Of a stretch of DNA of 64,000 nt, positions 1 to 10,487 are shown in pieces. Made by a program: the position numbers and the translations under genes. Each line of letters begins with the position of its first letter. Positions within the stretch are counted from its first letter, which is position 1. The stretch is from Gammaproteobacteria bacterium (GTDB lineage: Bacteria > Pseudomonadota > Gammaproteobacteria > Poriferisulfidales > GCA-002705445), in the NCBI GenBank assembly GCA_018675635.1, contig JABGXU010000008.1:2544-66543 (forward strand), written 5' to 3'. Below the pieces are notes generated by a model. It searched no databases. It had not been told where the DNA came from and saw only the letters and a list, made by a program, of their open reading frames with translations.

Positions 1-1
1 T

Positions 2-472
2 CCTTATGGGAATGGATTTCTAATACTAAATGAAATACCATGTGTTGAAAATATATGGATGCTTGCTACTGGAACTGGCATAGGGCCTTACCTGTCAATA
101 TTAAAAACAGATGAATCATGGAATAAATTTAAAAAAGTGATATTAGTTCATGCGGTTCGATATAAAAAAGAGCTTACTTATTTAAAAACTATTAAAGAAC
201 TTAAAGATAAATATAAAGATAAGTTTATATATATAACTTACGTCAGTAGAGAAAAAATAGAAAATTCTTTAGAGGGAAGAATTCCAAATAGCATATCGTC
301 AGGCATACTAGAAAAAGAAGCTAATACTAAAATTACCGATAATAATACCCATATAATGATATGTGGCAACCCAGAAATGGTAAGTGATACAACAAAAGAA
401 CTTAAAAAAATCGGACTAAAAAAACATAGGAGAAATTCACCGGGGCATATTACAACTGAAAATTACTGGTAG
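2..472 (+). CDS. fpr: Ferredoxin-NADP+ reductase (5' end outside the window)
   Basis: Frame is open from position 2 (PYGNGFL...); contains MLATGTGIGPY, the MICGNPEMV motif and the C-terminal ENYW typical of bacterial FNR. Confidence 0.9.
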   Translation, partial: PYGNGFLILNEIPCVENIWMLATGTGIGPYLSILKTDESWNKFKKVILVHAVRYKKELTYLKTIKELKDKYKDKFIYITYVSREKIENSLEGRIPNSISSGILEKEANTKITDNNTHIMICGNPEMVSDTTKELKKIGLKKHRRNSPGHITTENYW

Positions 473-1362
473 GAAACCTCTACAACTTTATTAATTATTT
501 TTCCAATTTTTTCTATTTCACATTCAACAACATCATTATTTTTTAAAAATTCTGGAGGAGTTCTTGCAAAACCAACTCCACTTGGAGTTCCTGTAGCAAT
601 TATGTCTCCAGGTACTAAATATGTACTTTTAGAAATTGTCTCTATTTGAGTAGGTATGTCAAATATTTGGTATTTTGTATTTGATTCTTGTTTTATGACG
701 CCATTAACTTTACAAGATATATTTAAATTATGAGGGTCTGAAATTTCATCTTTTGAAACAATACAAGGACCAATTGGACAAGCGCCAGGTAGACTCTTAC
801 CTAAAAAGAATTGTTTATGGTTCCTTTGTATATCCCTTGCTGATATATCATTAAGAACCATATAACCATATATGTATTTATAAGCATCATCCCTTTTTAT
901 ATGAATACCTGGCTTACCAATAACAATTGCTAATTCAGATTCCCAATCTAATTCTAATGAAACATTTTTTCTTAAAGGAATATCTCCAAACGGTGAGTTA
1001 ATACTTAATGCAGATTTTGTAAAAATAATAGGAAATTTAGGTTTTTTTATATCACGCGAAAAAGCCTTCCCCGATTCCTTAATGTGATCTTCATAATTTA
1101 AGCCCATACACATTATGTTTTGCCTCAGATCCAAAATTGGAGCTAATACATTATTATCAGTAATACTTATTTCCTTTAGGTTAGATTTTTTAATAAAATT
1201 ATCTAAATCATTATTATCATGTTCCTCATAATTTAAAAAATTTTCAATTGATTTAAAATAATTGGGACATTCTTCTACAAGGGCTGGAATAATATATTTT
1301 CCCTTAGTATTACTGACTGCTAATAAAGAAGAATTTTCATAATTTACCATATATAATTTCAT
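463..1362 (-). CDS. Fumarylacetoacetate hydrolase family protein
   Basis: CMGLNYEDH, LDWESELA, NDISARDIQ, GKS and DIIATGTPSGVG motifs. Confidence 0.9.
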   Translation of the reverse strand: MKLYMVNYENSSLLAVSNTKGKYIIPALVEECPNYFKSIENFLNYEEHDNNDLDNFIKKSNLKEISITDNNVLAPILDLRQNIMCMGLNYEDHIKESGKAFSRDIKKPKFPIIFTKSALSINSPFGDIPLRKNVSLELDWESELAIVIGKPGIHIKRDDAYKYIYGYMVLNDISARDIQRNHKQFFLGKSLPGACPIGPCIVSKDEISDPHNLNISCKVNGVIKQESNTKYQIFDIPTQIETISKSTYLVPGDIIATGTPSGVGFARTPPEFLKNNDVVECEIEKIGKIINKVVEVSYQ

Positions 1363-1364
1363 TT

Positions 1365-1763
1365 TTACTCCGATTTTTTTATATGACGAATATATTTAGG
1401 GTTATCAATTAATAAAATTTCAATTTCAGAGCATTCAATTTCTAAAATTTTTTCAATTTTATCAAATTGGATAGATAAAAGAATATCCCCTTTTTTAAAG
1501 AAAGGTAAAACTAACATGTTTTTATATGTGTAAAAATCATAACTAATATTTATATCTAATATTGTAGCCTTATGTAAATCAATATTAATTTTATTATGAA
1601 TATTTCTTAACTCAATTGACCCGTCTTGCTGCCATAATGTTTTCTTCTCTGCGTCATCCATCGTTTTTTTAATCAAAGCGGCATTAAACAATAAAGAAAT
1701 ATTATTATTATTTTCCTTTATTTGAATATTTAAATGTTCTAATTGTATTATTCTAAAACTCAT
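1365..1763 (-). CDS. Hypothetical protein (~132 aa)
   Basis: ATG at 1763 overlaps the gshA stop (TGATG); fills the gap exactly; no recognised motif. Confidence 0.75.
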   Translation of the reverse strand: MSFRIIQLEHLNIQIKENNNNISLLFNAALIKKTMDDAEKKTLWQQDGSIELRNIHNKINIDLHKATILDINISYDFYTYKNMLVLPFFKKGDILLSIQFDKIEKILEIECSEIEILLIDNPKYIRHIKKSE

Positions 1764-3325
1764 CAATCTTTATAATATTTATTAATATAATCTTCAAAAC
1801 TTTCCACATTATTGCTTTCTAAGTAATCCTTCTTTTTTAATGATAATTTAGTTTCTTCTCTTAATATTTTCTCAATATTATTATCTGCTTGAATATTAGA
1901 AAAATATTTATTTTGTTTCCATATATTTTCCATACAAAATTCATAAAAACTCATTTTATTATTTATCATGCTATTTATCACAAGATTTGAAGGTAATAAA
2001 TTTTGATTTTCTACTTTTTTTTCTTGCACGGTTATACTTTTTTTGTATTTCTCATCTTTGGTTATTACATACATCATATTTGCAATTTCTTTTAATTCCA
2101 TAAATATCTTTTTCATTACATCAGTAATTAATATGTCCTCATTATTTATTTTAAGTTTAAAATTTTTTTCTTTCCCATTATGCGCAACATTTATTAAGTT
2201 ATTTTTTATTTCTAAATATTCTTCACTATAAATTTTATTCTCATTTATAAATAGACTGTGAATAATTAATAATTCTATAAAATACATTTGATCTTCATCA
2301 ATACCTGCGTTTAAAAAAATATTATTATCAATGGATCTTAATTCTATATATTCTACACCTTTATTTAATAATGCTTTTGATGGTCTTTCCGTTAGCTTGA
2401 GATTTGGTTTTGGTCTTATTGTGCTGTAATATTCATTTTCTATTTGTAATATATTTGAATTTAATTGTTTATAATAGCCTTCAGATTTAACTCCTATTTT
2501 ATTGTATTCACTACTAGGTTTTTTAATTGCTTCATCTAAACTTTTAGAATACTCTTCAAGTGAATTATAATTAATATGAACTCCCATATTTTCTTCCATA
2601 TTATTTTGATATCCAATGTCACCCATTCTAAAAGATGTTGCGTATTTTTCATAATATGTATATTCGTCAAAGGAATCTAAAGTCGTTTTCTTTCCAGCTA
2701 AATATGATTTGCATACTGCAGGAGAACACCCAAATAAATAAGCTATTATCCATCCATTTCTAAGTAAGTTTCTTGAGATAATAAAATATTGCTGAGATTT
2801 AAAATTTTTTATGTTTTTATCAGATGATTTGAATTCAGAGTACAATTCCCAAAATTTATCTGAAAATGAGTAATTAAAATGTATGCCAGATATCACCTGC
2901 ATAATCCTTCCATATCTATTACCCAAGCCTCTTCTATATGTCGTTTTCATCCTACCTTGATTTGAATGCCCGTAATATGCAATTGGGATACTTTTATCTC
3001 CTGCGATAATACAGGGCATGCTTGCAGGCCACAGATACTCATTATCTAGATTTTTATATACAAACCCAATAATATTATCTAAATACCTTAAGGCTTCGTT
3101 ATGAGAACCGCATGGAGGAGTTATTGCTTCTATTAATGCTTCAGAATAATCCGTAGTTATATATCTATTTGTTAAAGAAGAACCAAATTGCTCTGGGTGC
3201 ATCTTATAAGAAATAGTTCCATTTTTATCTACCCTTAGTGATTCCTTTTCTAAACCAATTTTTGAATCTGCTAAAAATGATGAACATGAATGCATGGATA
3301 AATTTTTTAAAAACTTATCAATCAT
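1763..3325 (-). CDS. gshA: Glutamate-cysteine ligase
   Basis: GLEKESLRV, ITTDYSEALIE, MQVISGIHFNYS, LQIENEYYSTIRPK and GVEYIELRS motifs. Confidence 0.96.
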   Translation of the reverse strand: MIDKFLKNLSMHSCSSFLADSKIGLEKESLRVDKNGTISYKMHPEQFGSSLTNRYITTDYSEALIEAITPPCGSHNEALRYLDNIIGFVYKNLDNEYLWPASMPCIIAGDKSIPIAYYGHSNQGRMKTTYRRGLGNRYGRIMQVISGIHFNYSFSDKFWELYSEFKSSDKNIKNFKSQQYFIISRNLLRNGWIIAYLFGCSPAVCKSYLAGKKTTLDSFDEYTYYEKYATSFRMGDIGYQNNMEENMGVHINYNSLEEYSKSLDEAIKKPSSEYNKIGVKSEGYYKQLNSNILQIENEYYSTIRPKPNLKLTERPSKALLNKGVEYIELRSIDNNIFLNAGIDEDQMYFIELLIIHSLFINENKIYSEEYLEIKNNLINVAHNGKEKNFKLKINNEDILITDVMKKIFMELKEIANMMYVITKDEKYKKSITVQEKKVENQNLLPSNLVINSMINNKMSFYEFCMENIWKQNKYFSNIQADNNIEKILREETKLSLKKKDYLESNNVESFEDYINKYYKD

Positions 3326-3400
3326 ATTTTTTACCTAATTTTTGAAATAAAAATAAAGAACTATTTATTAGTTTTAACTTTTTTAAGTTTGATTTTTCTA

Positions 3401-3493
3401 TTACTCAGTATAGTCAGCAAATCTTGCAGCGATTTGCATAATAACTACAGCTAAAACTACCGCCCCTATTACAACCCATGCCCAACCTATCAT
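3401..3493 (-). CDS. Putative 30-aa single-TM small protein MIGWAWVVIGAVVLAVVIMQIAARFADYTE
   Basis: Hand-translated; AAGGAG RBS 7 nt before ATG; hydrophobic helix; higher GC than the flanking spacer; absent from the ORF track. Confidence 0.7.
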   Translation of the reverse strand: MIGWAWVVIGAVVLAVVIMQIAARFADYTE

Positions 3494-3516
3494 ATTAATA
3501 CTCCTTTAACTTTTTC

Positions 3517-4065
3517 TTATTTTATCATGGTTTTAAGTCTTTTCCAGTCAAATAATGGACCAGGGTCAGATTTACGCCCTGGCGCTATATCTGAATGAGA
3601 AACAATCCTTTTTGAAGATAAGTCCTTATAGTAAGCCAATAAAGAATTTATAATTTCTGCTAGTTTTATATACTGAACATTTTCAAAAACTATATCATCA
3701 CAACCTTCTAATTCAATTCCAATAGAATAATCATTACAATTTGGGATATTTTCGTATAAAGATTCTCCTGCATGCCAAGCTCTTTTGTCAAAGGGCACAA
3801 ATTGAATAATTTCTCCAGTTCGCTTGATATATATATGAGATGAAACTTTTATATCTATTATATTATTTAAATATTCATCCTTAGATATACTTAATTCATT
3901 TAAAAAGAATTCTTCTACATAATTATTACCAAACACCGTTGGTGGAAGACTTATACTATGAAGAACTATTAAAGAAATAGATGATTCTTTAGGCCTAATA
4001 TCAAAATTTGGCGATTGAAGAAATTTTATATCTTTAAGTAAATGATTTTTTATATTTATTTCCAT
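3517..4065 (-). CDS. ampD: 1,6-anhydro-N-acetylmuramyl-L-alanine amidase
   Basis: SPNFD, LHSISLPP, VSSH, AWHAGES, NDYSIGIELEG and HSDIAPGRKSDPG motifs; ATG at 4065 preferred over the TTG inside the groEL terminator. Confidence 0.95.
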   Translation of the reverse strand: MEINIKNHLLKDIKFLQSPNFDIRPKESSISLIVLHSISLPPTVFGNNYVEEFFLNELSISKDEYLNNIIDIKVSSHIYIKRTGEIIQFVPFDKRAWHAGESLYENIPNCNDYSIGIELEGCDDIVFENVQYIKLAEIINSLLAYYKDLSSKRIVSHSDIAPGRKSDPGPLFDWKRLKTMIK

Positions 4066-4078
4066 ATGTGTATTATGC

Positions 4079-4109
4079 AAAAAAAAAGCCCCAACTTGCA
4101 GGACTTTTT
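4079..4109 (-). terminator. Rho-independent terminator of groESL
   Basis: Minus strand AAGTCCT-loop-GGGGCTT hairpin (with G-U pairs) followed by a long T run, ~30 nt after the groEL stop. Confidence 0.75.
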
Positions 4110-4140
4110 ATTATTTTATGTCTTTGAGGGATATATAACC

Positions 4141-5817
<1,677 letters not shown>

Positions 5818-5853
5818 TCACCTTTTAAATATGTTATTTATTAATAAAAATTC

Positions 5854-6141
5854 CTAATCGATTACAGCCATAATGTCATCTTCTTTCATCACAACTAGTT
5901 CGTCCGAATCTATTTTCACTTCCGTTCCAGAATATTTACCAAATAAAACAATGTCGCCTACCTTGACATCTAGTGGTTGAATATTTCCATTATCTTGAAT
6001 CTTACCGTTACCAATTGCCACAACTTCACCTTTAATTGGCTTTTCTGCAGCACTGTCAGGAATAACAATCCCACCTGGAGAGGTTTTTTCTTCTTCCATT
6101 CTTTTTATGACTACTCTGTCATGCAAAGGTCTTATTTTCAT
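5854..6141 (-). CDS. groES: Co-chaperonin GroES
   Basis: [11 protein letters not shown]...[13 protein letters not shown]; directly upstream of groEL. Confidence 0.99.
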   Translation of the reverse strand: MKIRPLHDRVVIKRMEEEKTSPGGIVIPDSAAEKPIKGEVVAIGNGKIQDNGNIQPLDVKVGDIVLFGKYSGTEVKIDSDELVVMKEDDIMAVID

Positions 6142-6171
6142 ACTAATACTCCTGATATTATTTAATTAATT

Positions 6172-6198
6172 TTAGCACTCTCAATAGGAGACTGCTAA
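6172..6198. promoter_or_regulatory. CIRCE element (HrcA operator)
   Basis: TTAGCACTC-N9-GACTGCTAA, one mismatch to the consensus TTAGCACTC-N9-GAGTGCTAA, upstream of groES. Confidence 0.92.
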
Positions 6199-6225
6199 TT
6201 CTATTGTTTGCAAAGAAAATGTCAA
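6198..6225 (-). promoter_or_regulatory. sigma70 promoter of groESL
   Basis: TTGACA-16 nt-TAGAAT on the minus strand, abutting CIRCE. Confidence 0.85.
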
Positions 6226-6228
6226 GAA

Positions 6229-6645
6229 TTAATTGTTAGGGTCTATATCTATATAATCTTTACTTTTACTTTTATTTTGAGGAGCTCCCCTAAGATTAGA
6301 AAAAGCTTTATTTAGAAAAAATTTTATTAGATATAACCTTAAAGGTGGTAAAAAAAGAAGGATACCTAGGAAATCTGTGAAAAACCCAGGAATAAGTAGA
6401 AATACTCCACAAACATATAAAGTTAAAGGATCTAAAATTTCTAAACCAGGCTTAACATGCAACATAGATTTCCGTGCTTGATTAAAAGATGAGACGCCTA
6501 CGTATTTCATAGTTGCTGCTCCAATAAAAGCAGTCAATAAAGTAAAAAGAATGGTAGAGGCTGCGCCTATTTCAGACCCAATTTTAACAAAAAAATAAAT
6601 TTCTATAATTGGAAGAAAAATAAAAAATAAAAGAAAATATTTCAT
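6229..6645 (-). CDS. fxsA: FxsA family membrane protein
   Basis: LPIIEIYFF and LLIPGFFTDFLG motifs; canonical position upstream of groES. Confidence 0.9.
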   Translation of the reverse strand: MKYFLLFFIFLPIIEIYFFVKIGSEIGAASTILFTLLTAFIGAATMKYVGVSSFNQARKSMLHVKPGLEILDPLTLYVCGVFLLIPGFFTDFLGILLFLPPLRLYLIKFFLNKAFSNLRGAPQNKSKSKDYIDIDPNN

Positions 6646-7742
6646 GATTTTTTATTAAACTGATGTTTTTCAAATAAATCTTTAGTTTTAAAAAGATTTT
6701 CTTGAGAATTAATTAATGAGTTATCCCAGCCCATTATTTCCTGATCAATTATTTTTACCATAGATTCTATATTATATTCTGAACTATTAAGTGCAGGTAT
6801 ATAATTAAAAGATTTTCCCCCGCATGCTATATAATTTTCTCTGCTTCTAATATTTATTTCCTCAAGAGTTTCTAAACAATCACACAAAAATCCAGGACAA
6901 AAAACATCTACATTATTTATTCCATCTTCAGCTAGATTTTTTAACACTTCGTCCGTATATGGTTTCAGCCAAACTTGTTTTCCAAATCTAGATTGAAATG
7001 TCACAATATATTGTTCTTGATCTATTTTTAATTTTTCAGCAATCAATCTTGCTGTTATATGGCAATAACAATGATATGGGTCTCCTTTATGGAGATTTAC
7101 TTGAGGCAAACCATGAAAAGAAAATATTAGTTTTTGTGACTTTAATTTCTTGCTCCAAAAATCTGTAATTCTATTAGCGCAAGCTGAAATATAATGTGGA
7201 TTGTCATGATAAGATGATAAGAATCTAATGTCAGGGATATTTCGCCATAGTTTTATCTCATCAGAAAATTTATCAAAAATTGAGGCAGTCGTAGCTGCTG
7301 AATACTGAGGAAACATTGGAACTACTAACAATTTATTTATATTCTGGTTTTTAAAATCATTTAATGCTTTTTTTATAGATGGATTTCCGTATCTCATTGC
7401 TAAATTAAATACAACACTTTTTTTATTAAAATCTTTATTTAAGTTTTGAATTTTTTTCAAAATTTCTTTTGAAATAACTAAAAGGGGAGAACCATTTTCC
7501 ATCCATATTTTTTTATACAATTCTTTACTTTTTTTTGGTCTAATGTTTAAAATTATTAAATTTAATATGAACCACCACATAATTTTTGGTATTTCAATAA
7601 TTCTTGGGTCAGACAAAAACTCTGATAAAAATTTTCTTACTGCTGAAGTTGTAGGCGCGTTAGGAGTTCCCAAATTTACTAGAAGAACACCTATTTTTCT
7701 CTCATCACCGTGAGAGTAATTTTCATCTGATTTATATCTCAT
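6642..7742 (-). CDS. hemH: Ferrochelatase
   Basis: GVLLVNLGTP, AMRYGNPS, FSFHGLP, FQSRFG and DCLETLEEI motifs. Confidence 0.97.
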   Translation of the reverse strand: MRYKSDENYSHGDERKIGVLLVNLGTPNAPTTSAVRKFLSEFLSDPRIIEIPKIMWWFILNLIILNIRPKKSKELYKKIWMENGSPLLVISKEILKKIQNLNKDFNKKSVVFNLAMRYGNPSIKKALNDFKNQNINKLLVVPMFPQYSAATTASIFDKFSDEIKLWRNIPDIRFLSSYHDNPHYISACANRITDFWSKKLKSQKLIFSFHGLPQVNLHKGDPYHCYCHITARLIAEKLKIDQEQYIVTFQSRFGKQVWLKPYTDEVLKNLAEDGINNVDVFCPGFLCDCLETLEEINIRSRENYIACGGKSFNYIPALNSSEYNIESMVKIIDQEIMGWDNSLINSQENLFKTKDLFEKHQFNKKS

Positions 7743-7802
7743 ATTTCTATCTGATATTATAAACTAACAAAGCTTTTATGTTAATAATATATACTTTTGC
7801 AA

Positions 7803-8381
7803 CTAAAGCCTATTTCTTAATGTGCTAGTTCTTGGAAAATGTTGCTTTAAAAACTCCATTTGATCATATAAAACAACTTTACCTTGCAGAAAAATATATT
7901 CTGCATGAGTTGGTATAAAAGGAATCGCCAGGAGCTCCATATTTGCTTGTTCTGGAGTTCTTCCAGCTTTAGCATTGTTACATCTCTTGCAAGCTGTAAC
8001 TACATTAACCCAAAGATCTTTGCCTCCTTGGAATAAAGGAGTTATGTGATCTCTTGATAAATTTTCAGACTTAAGCTTATTTCCACAATATAAACATAAA
8101 TGATCATCTCTTTTAAAAAGAGTTCTATTATTTAAGGGAGGCGCGTAAAGATTTGTAAGTGTTTTATTATTACCATATGTTGCAATAATAGAATTAACAT
8201 CTACTTTACTTCTCTTATTGCTTTTAGCGTTAATTCCACCTCTTATAGTCAAAATATTACTTCCACATGTGTATGCTATTTGACTATTAAAATATAATCT
8301 AACAGCATCCTGATATGTAATCCACTCTAGTGGCATACCAGAAACATCTGTTCTCAAAATTTGTTGACTCAAATTACTCAA
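7803..8381 (-). CDS. HNH endonuclease (McrA-like, Zn-binding)
   Basis: LFKRDDHLCLYCG...DHITP...GG...NVVTACKRCNNAK; TTG start with AAGGGG upstream. Confidence 0.88.
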   Translation of the reverse strand: MSNLSQQILRTDVSGMPLEWITYQDAVRLYFNSQIAYTCGSNILTIRGGINAKSNKRSKVDVNSIIATYGNNKTLTNLYAPPLNNRTLFKRDDHLCLYCGNKLKSENLSRDHITPLFQGGKDLWVNVVTACKRCNNAKAGRTPEQANMELLAIPFIPTHAEYIFLQGKVVLYDQMEFLKQHFPRTSTLRNRL

Positions 8382-8501
8382 TTTAATATAACCCCTTAGC
8401 TTTAATTAAGGTGTAAAATAATACCTATAAGAAAATACGACTATAAAGTACATTAACATTACAAAAAAATTAAACAAAGATAAATACTTTTTGACTAAAA
8501 A

Positions 8502-10487
8502 ATGAAAAAAAAGATAGCTAAAATAGCAATTATCAAGCCATTACATAATCTTTTTGATTACGAAGTACCAGATACATTTAAAGATATTACACCAGGAGCA
8601 AGAGTTTTCGTAGAATTTGGCAAAAAAATAGTTGTTGGATTCATTGTTAGTATAGAAGATCTATTTAAATCAAAGAGTTATAATATAAAACCTATTTTAG
8701 AGATAATAGACAAATCACCTATTTTAGACGATGAAACATTAAAATTAATTTTATGGGTTTCTAGCTATTACCATTCTCCAATTGGACAAGTATTTGGAAT
8801 TGCTACACCTTCATATTTAAGACAAGGAAAAATACTTCCTGAAAAATTAAATATAAGCAAAAAACAAGAGACATATTTATTTGGTAAAAATATTTTACTA
8901 ACTAGTGAACAACAAAAAGCTATAAAAACCATTAAAAATTCTATTAATAAATATGAATGCTTTCTTCTTGATGGAATTACTGGAAGCGGGAAAACAGAAG
9001 TATATAAGAATATTCAAAAAGAAATATATAAAAAAAAATTACAAACACTTATTATCGTTCCAGAAAAAAATCTAATTCCAGAACTAAAAGAATATTTTAA
9101 TACAAAAAATATGAAAATTGCAGAGTACCATTCTACATTAACACCAAAACAAAAATTTATTAATTGGAACCTAATACAAAATTGTAAAATTGATATTATA
9201 ATAGGAACAAGATCTTCAGTATTTTTAAAAATTCCCAAGCTAGGATTAATAATAATAGATGAAGAGCATGATGTCTCATTTAAAAATAATACTGAAGCTA
9301 AATATAATGCAAGAGATGTTGCTATATTCAGATCAAAAAATAAAAATATCCCAATTATTCTTGGGAGCGCAACTCCATCTTCTGAAACTATTTTTAACGT
9401 AAATAATAATAAATACACACGTATTAAAATGAGAAGTCGCGTTAACAATAAAGCATTACCAACACTCAAAGTAATAAATATGTCTAATAGAAAAAAGGAA
9501 ATTGTATCTGAAGATGTTATTGCATCAATAAAAGAAAGAATTTATAAAAAGGAACAAACATTAATTTTTTTAAATAGGCGAGGTTATTCTCCTATCATTA
9601 CTTGTAGAGATTGCTCTTGGATACCGTCATGTAATAATTGCAATTTAAATATGACTTACCATAAAAATAAAAAATTATTAATATGCCATCATTGTGGAAA
9701 AGTAAACAAATATTCTGGGAAATGCATAAATTGCAAATCAAAAGATATTTTTTCATTGGGTGAGGGTACTGAAAAAATAGAAGAAATAATCAAAAATAAA
9801 TTTCCTGATAAAAATATAATTAGGATAGATAGTGATAGCACAAAGAAGAAAGGACAAACTGAAAAAATATTTAATGATATTAGAAATAATAAATATGATA
9901 TTTTAATAGGTACACAAATGTTGTCTAAGGGGCATAATTTTCCAAATGTTACTCTTGTTGTAATTATGAATATTGATCAAATTTTATTTAGCCCGAGATT
10001 AAAAGCAATTGAACAACTTGCTCAACAATTAATACAAGTTTCCGGAAGGGCTGGCAGAGGAAATAAACAAGGAGAAGTTATACTTCAAACATCATATCCT
10101 GAAAATCAAGATTTAGATTGTTTAATTAAAAACGGTTATGAAGACTGGATGAAGAATCTACTTTCTCTAAGAAGTTCTTTAGGTCTCCCCCCGCACAGAA
10201 ATTGGGGCCTTATCCAAGCTAAATCAAGAAAATACTCTGATGCAGAAAATTTTTTAAATAACATAAAAAATATTATTATTAAGAACAAAGAAATAGAAAT
10301 TTTTGGCCCAATGCCTTCAATAATGCAGAAAAAAGCAAATTTGTATAATGTAAATCTTGTAATTCAGGCTAAAAATAAAACAAAATTAAATTATGTCATC
10401 AAAGATTGTATTCCGAGTATAAAGGATATACCCTATTCTAATAAAATTAGATGGTCTGTTGACATCGATCCCATTGACTATGATTGA
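8502..10487 (+). CDS. priA: Primosomal protein N' (replication restart helicase)
   Basis: GITGSGKTEVY, DEEHD, four CxxC pairs, GTQMLSKGHNFP and QVSGRAGR motifs. Confidence 0.97.
   Translation: MKKKIAKIAIIKPLHNLFDYEVPDTFKDITPGARVFVEFGKKIVVGFIVSIEDLFKSKSYNIKPILEIIDKSPILDDETLKLILWVSSYYHSPIGQVFGIATPSYLRQGKILPEKLNISKKQETYLFGKNILLTSEQQKAIKTIKNSINKYECFLLDGITGSGKTEVYKNIQKEIYKKKLQTLIIVPEKNLIPELKEYFNTKNMKIAEYHSTLTPKQKFINWNLIQNCKIDIIIGTRSSVFLKIPKLGLIIIDEEHDVSFKNNTEAKYNARDVAIFRSKNKNIPIILGSATPSSETIFNVNNNKYTRIKMRSRVNNKALPTLKVINMSNRKKEIVSEDVIASIKERIYKKEQTLIFLNRRGYSPIITCRDCSWIPSCNNCNLNMTYHKNKKLLICHHCGKVNKYSGKCINCKSKDIFSLGEGTEKIEEIIKNKFPDKNIIRIDSDSTKKKGQTEKIFNDIRNNKYDILIGTQMLSKGHNFPNVTLVVIMNIDQILFSPRLKAIEQLAQQLIQVSGRAGRGNKQGEVILQTSYPENQDLDCLIKNGYEDWMKNLLSLRSSLGLPPHRNWGLIQAKSRKYSDAENFLNNIKNIIIKNKEIEIFGPMPSIMQKKANLYNVNLVIQAKNKTKLNYVIKDCIPSIKDIPYSNKIRWSVDIDPIDYD

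Noticed and set aside
8382..8501. Short CCTTA/TAAGG hairpin upstream of the HNH gene as a possible guide or HEARO-like RNA
   Set aside because: Only 5 bp in a 120-nt AT-rich divergent promoter gap; too small, and the protein has no RuvC motifs
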